In this document: in pieces, positions 52,501-64,000 of the stretch
How positions within the stretch are numbered: the first letter of the stretch is position 1
Layout: each line of letters starts with the position of its first letter
NCBI GenBank assembly: GCA_964016885.1
Contig: OZ024743.1
Location: 13,950,001 to 14,014,000, forward strand
Reading direction: 5' to 3'
From: Eledone cirrhosa
Taxonomy: Eukaryota
DNA: 64,000 bases
Made by a program: the position numbers and the translations under genes
Notes under the pieces: generated by a model
Told to the model about the DNA's origin: nothing
What the model saw: the letters and a program-made list of their open reading frames with translations, nothing else
Database searches by the model: none

Positions 52501-55148
52501 GCGCAAGGCCTACGGAGACCGGATTAACGAACTGGTTAAGCGGGCGTTGACGGGGTCCATCGTCAACAACAAGAGGTTGTTTGCTCTGAAAAGAGCGATT
52601 AGAATAGAGTCCATTAGATTTAGTAAGGCTTTAGCAATAGAGAAAAATAGAGCAGAGGGAGAATTAGTTAGAAAATTAGACGAGACGCTTAGTAAAGGCA
52701 TCGCGACCGACGTACTTGCGGCGAAATTGGCCCTTGACAAATTCTTCAATGCAAAGCACTAAGGCTGCGTTGTTAGAGCTAGGGTGCGTGCTCTCAGACA
52801 TGAGTGGACGAAAGCCGTTCAATGGGCCCGGGTGGAGGAGGCGCGTCGTGGCAACAAAGCCACGATCCGGTCTTTGGTGGACCACGACGGGCGCATGCTA
52901 CTCGCTCCCGGCAATTGTTTGAAGCTTTTTCATCGACACTTCGCTCAGTTATTCGGAGGCAACGGCGGCCGGATCGAGGGATGGACTTTAGTGTCTACCT
53001 CGACGGACTGCCGCTGCTGTTGGCGACTGAGGCGGAGTGTTGCGAAAAGCCGATAAAAGCCGCTGAAGTACGGGAGGCAATGACTGGCTGCACAAGGGGT
53101 AAATCGCCTGGTTTGGATGGTCTACCATTTGAACTTTACGTACAGATGCCAGACTTGTTCGGAGGCCTCTTGGCGGACATCTACTGCAACTGGCAACATA
53201 ACGGGAGGCTTCCCAGCTGTGTGAGACGAGGAGCGGTGGCGCTGTTGAGAATAGATCCGAACAAGGGATATAACAGAGATCATTGCAGGCCCATACCTCT
53301 GCTAAACACAGAGTTCAAGATTTTGGCCAAGGTGCTAGCAAAGAGGTTGGCGCCTGTCGTTGGTGGTCTGGTGGGAGAGGCGCAGACATGCGCCATTCTC
53401 GACAGATCCATCCACGACAACCCCCACCTCATGCGATACGTCGTGGAGAGGGTAGCTTGAGAACCTGGCACGGGTGGGTCCTTGGTCAATTTAGATCCGT
53501 CAAAAGCTTTCGATAGGGTCACCCATCCTTACCTAGTGGCAGTCCAGAGGGTGGCTCGTTTTGGTCCCGTTTTCAGAGCCTGGATCGCTGCCATACACAG
53601 CGACATCTGCTTTGTGGTGAGAGTGAACGGTCACCTTTCGGAACCGTTCCACATCATGCGCTCGGTCCGTCAATTATGTCCCCTCTCCTCCCTCTTGTAC
53701 GTATTGCCTCTGGAGCCAGTACTGAACAAACTGGAGACGTTGAGGGGGGGGGGGGTCCCTCGCGAACTAGAATGCGGAAGATCCATCTTAGCATATGCGG
53801 ACGATGTCACCGTAGTGGTGTCGAACGCCAAACACTACGAGGCGATCGGCACTACGCTAAGAGAAAACGAAGCGGTGACAGGAGCAAGAATCAACCAGGA
53901 AAAGTCAGTGAGCCTGCAGCTCGGCACCTGGAGATGCAGATCCATGCCGTCCAACAGCGTCCTCGGGCGCTGGACGGACGGACGTTTAAATTGCTAGGCG
54001 TCTGTTTCGGCCCGGACCTCCAGACGGACAAAAACTGGGACGAGGTGACGAGCAGGGATGCTTCTCACACCCAGAAATGGGCGGAGAGGAAGCTATCCCT
54101 TAAAGGTCGAGCGGAGGTGGCTAACACGTACATCGCGCCCGTCATCTACTACCGCCTGACCGTCGTATCTTGTCCTAAGCCTCGCCTGACTGCACTGGAG
54201 CGTTTGCTCTTTCGCCTTATGTGGACAGGACGCGCACCGATGGTCAGGCGGTCCATCTGCTGTCAACACCCGCTACGTGGATGGCTGGGAATGTTGTGGC
54301 TGATGATGCGCAGACACCCGCTCAGGCTACGACATCTGCACCTCTTCCTCGACGGTTATCAGGTGTGGTTGCCGTTTGCTAGACGCGTCTTTCCCCAGCT
54401 CGTCTCCTTGACGGAGCTGCTGTCCTGGGTCAAGCGAAGACCGAGAGGGAACGCTTGGAGACTGTAATGTCTTCAGGCGACCACAGCCCTCGACGAAACG
54501 GGCAATGTGATCGGTGGAAACTCCACCTTGGTATTCTATATAGGATTAGTGGAGGGGAAGAGCAACGACGGACTTGGGAAAACTCTAGGCGTCGACAAAA
54601 ATCAACTAGCCAATCTCTTCGGAAGACCTATCGGGCCGGAGCATATGGACAACTTCCAGAAATCCCTGGCCTGGCAGTGCTACCGGGGAGCTTTGCCAGT
54701 TCGGGATAAACTCTACAGGCATGGAGGTGCCGTCTGCCGGGCATGTCCGAGATGCGCGCAGGGCGACGAAACCGTCCTGCACGCACTCGTCCAGTGTCCG
54801 AGCATTGCTGACTTGTGGATTTATGTCGAACACCTGCTGTCGCGTGTGGGACGGATCCAGCTATCAGCTGAGTCCATCGTGAGGATTGCTCCGCCCTCTT
54901 CCTTTAGCCGGGAAGGGCAGGCAGTGTTTATCTGTCTGGTGGCCATGGCGAAAGAGATAGTCTGGTGGACACGTTTGAAAGGGCTGAAGACGAGCAATTA
55001 CCTCTTCGGTGATGCCCTGATTAACTTTTTCAAATTTCCTTTGAAAAGAAAAATAAGGGTAGAAAGGGAAGTGCTCACTTCCCAGCATTTTGTTGAACGA
55101 TAGGTGAGAGAGGCAAGAATGCCCCGAGTGAATGGGCCTACTCTGAGT
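49531..55148 (+). mobile_element. Tx1-like LINE, intact 5' end, 3' UTR lost; sister of 25303-31062
   Basis: Preceded by (TTA)9; CVVCGEGTHLKAFCP knuckle; ORF2 from 51735 with YADD. Confidence 0.92.
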
Positions 55149-55288
55149 CCAGAATTAGCCGTCGAAACGGCCTGAGCTCAGCCGTCGGGGTCCCACTCGT
55201 TGCTATTACCCACTCTACCTCTCTAAGCATTGAGTACTTTGGTGCATTATGGTCCATCTGGTTCTTTACCACATTTCCTTCGTTAATT
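55149..55288 (+). mobile_element. Penelope pLTR tail with HHR 3' half
   Basis: GAAA-CGGC(c)TGAGCTCAGCCG-TC, then a tail into (TA)n. Confidence 0.55.
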
Positions 55289-55760
55289 CCTATATATATG
55301 TATATATATATATATATATATGAAACAGCTTTCTGTTAATGCAAGAGGTCTTCATCTTGTAACTAAATAAATTCTGTGTAAGTTTATTAGCTGCGAAGGG
55401 AGATAAATATCCTTCATGATTATTGACAATACGAAATTAATGTACATTTAACTTTGTGTCTTACCTATCTCATATACACTGTTCTTTTCTCAGGTTATAT
55501 TTGAACCACAATAGCATGTTTAATAAACATATTCTATATAATATTATATACACCTCTATTCAAAACTATTCTTTTTGGTAATTTCGCTTACACTCACAGA
55601 CGCGCAAACACACACCCACGCGCACACATACATGCACCCATACACATAAACACACACCCACACACAGACACAGACACACATAGAATCATTCTCTGTATAT
55701 ATGAGTGCGTGTATGTATGCATCTATGTATATATATATACATATACACATACATATGTAT

Positions 55761-55822
<62 letters not shown>

Positions 55823-58800
55823 CTTTGTATGTATGCATGTGGGGTTGGGCACGCGTGTGGGTGTACTTATAATCTCTCTCATATTTTATATTCCCTTTAT
55901 TTTTCACCAATCCTTCTTTCTATGAAAGGACTTAATTCATTTATCTCGAATTCCATTATCTTCCCATGTTGCATGTAGTCCGCATCGAAACTGTATTCTG
56001 ATAGTTATGTATGCATGTCCTGGTTGAAATTTATGCTACATTACTTCGTATTTTCGAAGAAAATTCAATTTACTCTGTGCTTTCGTTTGACACTCCTTGC
56101 GAAGGCAAGCAATAAAGTTCCATTAATATTATTTGTTTTATTCTTCCTCGAAATTATTTCTGTTGATGCATTCTTTATTACATAATCCACTGAAGTTATG
56201 TGTGTTTACTGATATTTCTCTATTACATTTTACCATTTCTTTTACTGAATCAGTGATATCCTTATATAATCCACTAAATTCCATTCAGAATGGAATTGTG
56301 AGCATGGAAATATGACAAAATGCACTTGCCAATGTGGTACGTAGTGGATTCGAGGCCAAGTGATTTGAGATTATGTGATTGCAAAGGGAAGTTTTTAATC
56401 ACATGAGCAAAGCCGGGCAAAGTGTAAATCGTCTGACGCATCATTGGAAGTAAAGAAAAGTTATTGTTCGTGTATTTATATCTTTACAATTCATATGTCA
56501 AGGCCGGTAATGTTTCATGTTGTTATTTGTTTTCCGTTTTACCATGGCTATGTGATTCTATTTTCCATGTATCTCCCGTCTGTAAAATTTCTCCTTTGAT
56601 GTCTTGCAGTGATTCGAATTTTCAAATGAATTCCATCTTATCATATTTTCTTCGTTAAATATCTAAAACCAAATGATTGGAATAGTTTTAAAGATTTTCT
56701 CTTAGTAGTGCATGTGCATTTTGTCAGATAATCTCGTGAATTCCCACTATATCACTTATATCTAAAATTGTTTAAGTGAACAATTACAAATACATCTGTA
56801 ATCATTTTACATATATATCATAATCATATGGATATGCAATCGAATATAGAACTTGATGAATTATTACCAAAGTTATTTTGGAATATATTCCTCTGTAGCA
56901 TAAAAGCAGGTTATTTGAATGAGATAAATATTTATTTCAAAGGCAGCCAGTCTAGTAGAAGAGAAAATGAAGAATTCATTATGAAGCGTATTATGTTTCT
57001 TGTGTATAAAGATTCAACCAGAAATCGGAGGAATATTTAGGAAACTAAGACGCCAAAATATATTACAATAGATTTCTTACTTCTTTATGTTGAAATATTG
57101 GCACTCGCGTTTTCCTTTATGAATTTTAATATCATTGAATTTCACCCACTGATTACTAACCAGGTAAGTACTTTGACCTACAGTCTAATTTCACAAACCG
57201 ACGTTTTATCAATTTTCTTCACGTTTGCAATTGTTCAATGAATAAATGGAACGGTTACATGATAACACACACAATCCAAGAAAAATTATATTCATGAAAT
57301 GTCTTTTATGTGAAATATATTCTATAAAATGTACGATCAAGACGCAAATATTGAAAGAATATTTTCCATGTACACTTCCTTAAAGTTCAATTTATACGGA
57401 TATTACGTCTGTAATTCTTTTATCGCCATCGTTTTAGCAAGACATACTGTGGGCATACGTTTGGTTCTGATTTTAGGCTTTTTCTTCTGAGTCTTTCCTC
57501 TTCTGGCTTTCATGTTCGTCGTCACATCCTGCTATTTCATATTCTGTTATGTACGTGTATGTTTTGTTCGTTCTTCCGAGATATTTCTATGTATTTTCTA
57601 TTATTATTCACAATGTAGTTGTGTAGACATAGAATGGGTATTTTATATCGTAAGTCTTCTTCACTCATTTACTCTTAGGTAAATATAATCTTTCTATATC
57701 CGATTTTTGGGGTTGTGTTATACAAGCAATCATTTTCTTATTTTTCTGTCTATAGTTATTAATTCGTTCACTGATTACTTACGAAAATGAAAAGTATGTT
57801 TCATTACTGAAACAGCAATATTACTTCTGCCTATTACATTATTTACGTTTAGGTTCTTCTTAAGACGTAATCTTATGTGTCTTTATAATTCACATTTAAT
57901 ATAGTCCATCATGTAGGTTGTGTACGATATCTATATCATTGAGGCCTAAGTTAGCATAATATTACAATTTTAATCTCATAGCCCACTCGTCACTCTTTTT
58001 TTTCACATTGTTCATGCAAACATCGTATCAATAACTATTTAATTTGTAAATCGTGTGTGTGGCTGAATGTTTCAATTTGTCTAACTTCTATAGTGGCAAT
58101 CCTGATATCGTCTATATAAAAGAGATGAAGCCAACCGATGCCGTGCTAAGTTTCTTCTTTGTCTTTCTGGAGTCTTCCGTTACTGTTTTATTGATCGGTA
58201 GCTGATCCCTAGAGCCATATACACTTTGTTAGAATTGTTTAGATCTCCCAGTAACAATTTTCTATTTGTTTCTATGTATTGGAAAATCTCTGCGGTATTA
58301 TTTCATTTAATATATTGTGGTTACATTATAGGCCTGTAAATTTTGTTCTGTACGTTATCTTCATTCTTGGCAATTAAAGTTAGGTTGCCCTTCACCAAGC
58401 CAGTGAAGTGTTATTTCTGGCTCCGTAAGAAACCTACCTCTTTCCATATGCTGTTGTGTAATGATTGAAGCAAGGACTGCGGGTCATCTCAAGTCTTGGT
58501 ACCTCCCATACCTTTTTTACATGTCGATGATTCCGTTCGAAGAAATGTTGGCATCTCTTATTCTCACGGATTAATTTGCTTTTGAACAAAATACTTCTCT
58601 TTTAGTCATTTTTTTTAGTTTCTATGTTTAATGTTATAATGTATATACTACCACTGGAGGTAGGGCATAGAGCTCCAGATGAAAGCAAATCAACAATGTT
58701 CCGAAAACTCTCATCAACATAAACAACATAGAAAATTTGATAATATTGTTCGAGACAGTGAATTCAGGGTTATTTCCTCTATATGACGCATTCTAAAGAC

Positions 58801-59349
58801 AAATTGCAAGATGCATATATTGTTTAATGTTCTTATTCTAATCATTGCAATATGTTCTTCAGAGAAATTATGCTGGCCAAGATTCCAAATACGGCATTAC
58901 TTTTATTTATCTGGAAGTGATGAAAACGTACCAGAATTTCTGTAAGGATTTGAAATGTGAACTAAATATTTTAACATTGTAAAATATTGAACCACAGTAA
59001 GAGCAAATTCTTTCGTATTGTAATGAGTATTAAACATGTGCTGAATATGCGTGGCTGAACATACAATGTTAAATTACTAGAATTTCAGCGAAAGGAAAAT
59101 GATTTTATATTAAAACGGCTTGAAGGTAACATAAATTGTAATTTTCTTTATTTTGGCCTAGAAAACGCAGAAAATGAGATTTAAAATTTCCAATCAACAA
59201 CCTGTCGTCAACACACATAACAATCGAAAAACAAACTAAAATTAAGTGCATATGATCCCAAAAACGTACAATGGAGATTGTGTATGCTAAAAATTAATCA
59301 GCAGAAAAATATACCGTTGACACATATTTCATGAAAATACTATACAAAA

Positions 59350-59560
59350 TCATAATTGTTTCCACATTTGGCACATGACCAGCAGATTCTAAGTAAGGAG
59401 AACATCTTATAATTTGTGCCTCTTGCGGACGTTATATTATCAACTCCATAATTATGAAAAGTAAAGTTCACCTCGGCTGGATTTAAACCCTGAATATAAA
59501 AGGACATCATCATATGCCACAAAGCCTGTTGTCTGAAGCTCTACCGATTCTGCCAAGCCA
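59350..59560 (-). mobile_element. Old diverged SINE
   Basis: AAAGTAAAGTTCACCTCGGCTGGATTTAAACC and CTCTACCGATTCTGCCA. Confidence 0.6.
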
Positions 59561-60360
59561 TAAACCTTCCAGCCTAAAAAAAAGTAATAAATAGAAAAAA
59601 TACATGGTTTTGTATTAGTGTTGCTACATTTTTGGTGAAATATAATAAATAATATAACATCGTTTGATATAGGTTTCCTGAACAAGGTAAAAATTCCATT
59701 TTAATACAATTCACATTCCAATGCATAAAGAAAAAGTTACACTTAATCTAAGATATCTATGAATATTAGTTAAGCAACATAATCTTGAAATGGTTTAATA
59801 TATTCACTAAAAGCATGCCATTGAAAGTACCGATAAATATCTATGTTTAAACAAAAGAAAACCCTCTTCGAACCTCCTTAATCCACCTCACATAATAGCT
59901 AAAATAAGCACGAGATATATACATATGAGTTGTAATCTTTAAATTAAGAGTCCACATTAATACCATTCGATCAACGACATGCCAATAAAAATGTATTCCA
60001 TGTCAGCCGCTAAACTTGAGAAGGACACATTCCACATAGAAATTATATATATTAGTTTGATTTATGATGATGATATATATCAGTGTTGGCAAATAGGACT
60101 CCGAAGAATATTCATCCCCATAATTTGAGGTCAGGAAAACTATTCGGCCCTAATCAGTTGCTTATTCAATGGAAATCTAAAATAAACATGGCAATATAGA
60201 TACGATTTTTAAAAATACTGAATATGATATTTGTACAGATAAAAAAATCTACAGTATTCAAAGGAGAGACTGACGATAAGTTATTCACCAGCAATTTACA
60301 AACAGTAAACTTTGTACTCGTGGTATTTTTCCATCTCTATTTTTCTCTCTCTCACTCACT

Positions 60361-60473
<113 letters not shown>

Positions 60474-60577
60474 TAAAAGGAATTCCAACTTTGTTTGATT
60501 AACTCGTTTTATTTACAATCCTTTAAAATTATAATGATATTACAATGAAATAGTATGGTAGAATATTAAATATTAAT

Positions 60578-60616
60578 TGAACAAGTACTTTCATGCTTTC
60601 GCAATCTTCAGGTTCA
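60578..60616 (-). ncRNA. Minimal hammerhead
   Basis: TGAAC-CTGAAGA-tTGC gaaa GCAt-GAAA-G ta C-TT-GTTCA. Confidence 0.7.
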
Positions 60617-60704
60617 TATTCAGTGGTGACAGTCAAGTTTGCAATTTTCGAAATTTGCAAACTTGTCTGTCACCACTGAAATGAACCTGAAGATTGCAAA
60701 AGCA
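60594..60704. repeat. Spacerless ~110-bp palindrome centred at 60649/60650
   Basis: Direct reading. Confidence 0.9.
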
Positions 60705-60844
60705 ATATATATCTATATATATATATGCGCACACAGAATTCACCACTGTCGGTTGCGGGGCCCAATCTACATGAAGAACTCAATGTGATCAGAATGACTT
60801 GTATTTTAATTTCACTGTCCTAACTTCTTATATTATTGAAAAAA

Positions 60845-61010
60845 TATGTGTATGTATGTATATATATTTGGAGGCCATTTCTATGTGTGTGGGTGTATGT
60901 ATGTGTATATGTGTGTGTATGTGTGTATGTGTGTGCATGTGGATGTATGTATTGTGTGTGCATGTGTGTGTGTGTGTATGTATGTGTGTATCTGGATGTA
61001 TGCGTATGTG

Positions 61011-61057
<47 letters not shown>

Positions 61058-61098
61058 GTGTATCTGGATGTATGTGTATGTATGTATATATATATATA

Positions 61099-61141
<43 letters not shown>

Positions 61142-61260
61142 ATATGCATATATGTGTGTGTGTACGTGTGTATGTATATGTATGTGTGTGTGTATGTATG
61201 TGTGTATATGTATATATATATATGTGTGTGTATGTATATGTATATGTATGTATGTGTGGA
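60845..61260. repeat. Compound TG/TA/TATG microsatellite
   Basis: Direct reading. Confidence 0.95.
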
Positions 61261-61595
61261 TGAAGGTATGTGTGTATATATAGGTGTAAGTGCACTAAAT
61301 CCCTTTCTATCAATCTCCCCTCTCATACCGACCACAGGGAGATATATGTATGTATATTGCTTCCACCCCCTCACTGACCAGCAGCTGGCCATCTGGCCAT
61401 TGCTAAATCTGACCTTTATAAAATAACCCACACCCCCAAATAACTTCTCATTCACTACCAGAAAGGCACACAGCAGTCAACTTGCGGCGACCAAGATGAA
61501 AACTACTATGAAATCCCACAATGAATTTTATACTTGAATTTTCAAATCTCAAATTTTAACTCTTCTTATTATTAATTTTTCTTAATATTAATCAA

Positions 61596-61639
61596 CATTT
61601 GAAAAGATGGCTTTTGCAGACCCATCGAAACCGGTCATT
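61596..61639 (+). ncRNA. Minimal hammerhead, U3-A8 core
   Basis: AT-TTGAAAA-GATGG..CCATC-GAAA-C cg G-TC-AT; stem I only 2 bp. Confidence 0.65.
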
Positions 61640-61749
61640 ATATATACCCTTTATTATTTCCTTACCTTATAAAATTATATGTTTTTTCACAAAAAAGTAT
61701 TCTGTCTCCTATATATTCCATGTGCCATTACCAACCTCAATATTCTCTA

Positions 61750-62532
<783 letters not shown>

Positions 62533-63239
62533 ATAATATAAGATCAAAAGATGGTTAAAGGAGTTCCATATATTTTATTATGCGCATTTCAAAAACAAAT
62601 ATCATCAAGCAATAATATTTGTGTTTTCATCAGAAAAAACAGGAGAACATGATATGAAGGCTAAAAAACACTTGTGGATAGTGCAGTTTTAAATCAACAT
62701 ATGAAAAGTGGTGTTAGATTGATGTGTGATATTGGGAAAAATATTTTATTTAGAGAGGGGGGGATGAAAGGGGAGGAGATGAGAGGGAGAGATGGGTGAT
62801 AGAGAGAAAGAGATAGTTTTTATAACTGAGAAGAGATATATTTTTTACATAGAGAGGTTGAAAACCGTTGGAAGATACTGTATATTTATACAGTATCTTC
62901 CAACGGTTTTCAACCTCTCTATGTAAAAAATATATCTCCTCTCAGTTATAAAAACTATCTCTTTCTCTCTATCACCCATCTCTGCCTCTCATCTCCTCCC
63001 CTTTCATCCCCCCCCTCTCTAAATAAAATATTTTTCCCAATATCACACATCAATCTAAAACCACTTTTCATATGTTGATTTAAAACTGCACTATCCACAA
63101 GTGTTTTTTAGCCTTCATATCATGTTCTCCTGTTTTATCTGATGAAAACACAAATATTATTGCTTGATCATATTTGTTTTTGAAATGCGCATAATAAAAT
63201 ATATGGAACTCCTGTAACCATCTTTTGATCTTATATTAT
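62533..63239. mobile_element. ~707-bp near-perfect palindrome with a 2-nt loop (62885-62886), HHR in each arm
   Basis: ...GAAGATACTGTATA tt TATACAGTATCTTC...; arms match with a few substitutions. Confidence 0.93.
63133..63199 (+). ncRNA. Type I hammerhead with canonical core (mirror copy 62573-62639, minus strand)
   Basis: TTTTAT-CTGATGA-AAACACAAATAT..ATATTTGTTTTT-GAAA-T gcgc A-TA-ATAAAA; predicted cut after 63193. Confidence 0.8.
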
Positions 63240-63241
63240 GC

Positions 63242-63328
63242 ATACTCCAGTCCCACAAACTGTAGAGTGCTTCTTATCCGATATCTGCATTGCTTTATTG
63301 TACTACAATAAAACTCACCTCCTACATA
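63242..63328. repeat. Dispersed ~85-bp repeat, also at 41783-41868
   Basis: ATACTCCAGTCC..ACTGTAGAGTGCTTCTTATCCGATATCTGCATTGC..CTCCTACAT, followed by (TA)n in both places. Confidence 0.85.
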
Positions 63329-63338
63329 TATGCATATA

Positions 63339-63400
<62 letters not shown>

Positions 63401-63687
63401 CATATATATATACATATATATATACATATATATATACATATATATATATACATATATATATATATACATATAATATATATATATACATATATATATATAC
63501 ATATATATATATATACATATAATATATATACATATATATATACATATATATATAAACATATATATATACATATATATATATACATATATATATACATATA
63601 TATATATATACATATATATATATACATATATATATACATATATATATACATATATATATACATATATATATATACATATATATATAC

Positions 63688-63722
<35 letters not shown>

Positions 63723-63747
63723 CATATATATATACATATATATATAC

Positions 63748-63790
<43 letters not shown>

Positions 63791-63792
63791 TA
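63329..63792. repeat. (TA)n/(TACA) microsatellite
   Basis: Direct reading. Confidence 0.98.
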
Positions 63793-64000
63793 CGTAGGTC
63801 CCGGATTGAGTCGGGGATAACCACAGTAAGTAAGGTACTCAATACATGGCAGAAGATTTCATCTGAATGAAACAGTACTAGTCCTGTAGAAGCTCCTTCT
63901 ATAAAATAAAAAATATATACATATATATATACATATATATACATAATATATACATATAGATATACATATATATACATAATATATACATATATATATACAT

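Noticed and set aside
55900-59300. Host exons or an old LINE in unique-looking AT-rich DNA (also 7300-10500 and 18300-20700)
   Set aside because: No convincing ORF, motif or paired splice sites by eye; small exons cannot be excluded

Overview
AT-rich, microsatellite-dense animal genomic DNA with no supportable host gene. The SINE family and repeat landscape resemble octopod cephalopods, but that is an inference. Most recognisable sequence is mobile elements. There are four Tx1/L1-type LINE copies and several R4/Dong-type RLE LINEs, clustered at (TTA)n tracts in opposite orientations. There are also Penelope-like elements (a Neptune-type RT+GIY-YIG copy, a Naiad-type GIY-YIG copy with an inverted pLTR, and an RT fragment), a Helitron helicase relic and about ten tRNA-derived SINEs. 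The main non-coding signal is about 15 minimal type-I hammerhead ribozyme (HHR) motifs from roughly eight unrelated sequence families, several with the compensatory U3-A8 core. They sit in a 591-bp x2.6 tandem array (retrozyme-like) and in long foldback elements, most lying next to (TA)n tracts. All folds and alignments were done by eye; no activity or database match was tested.
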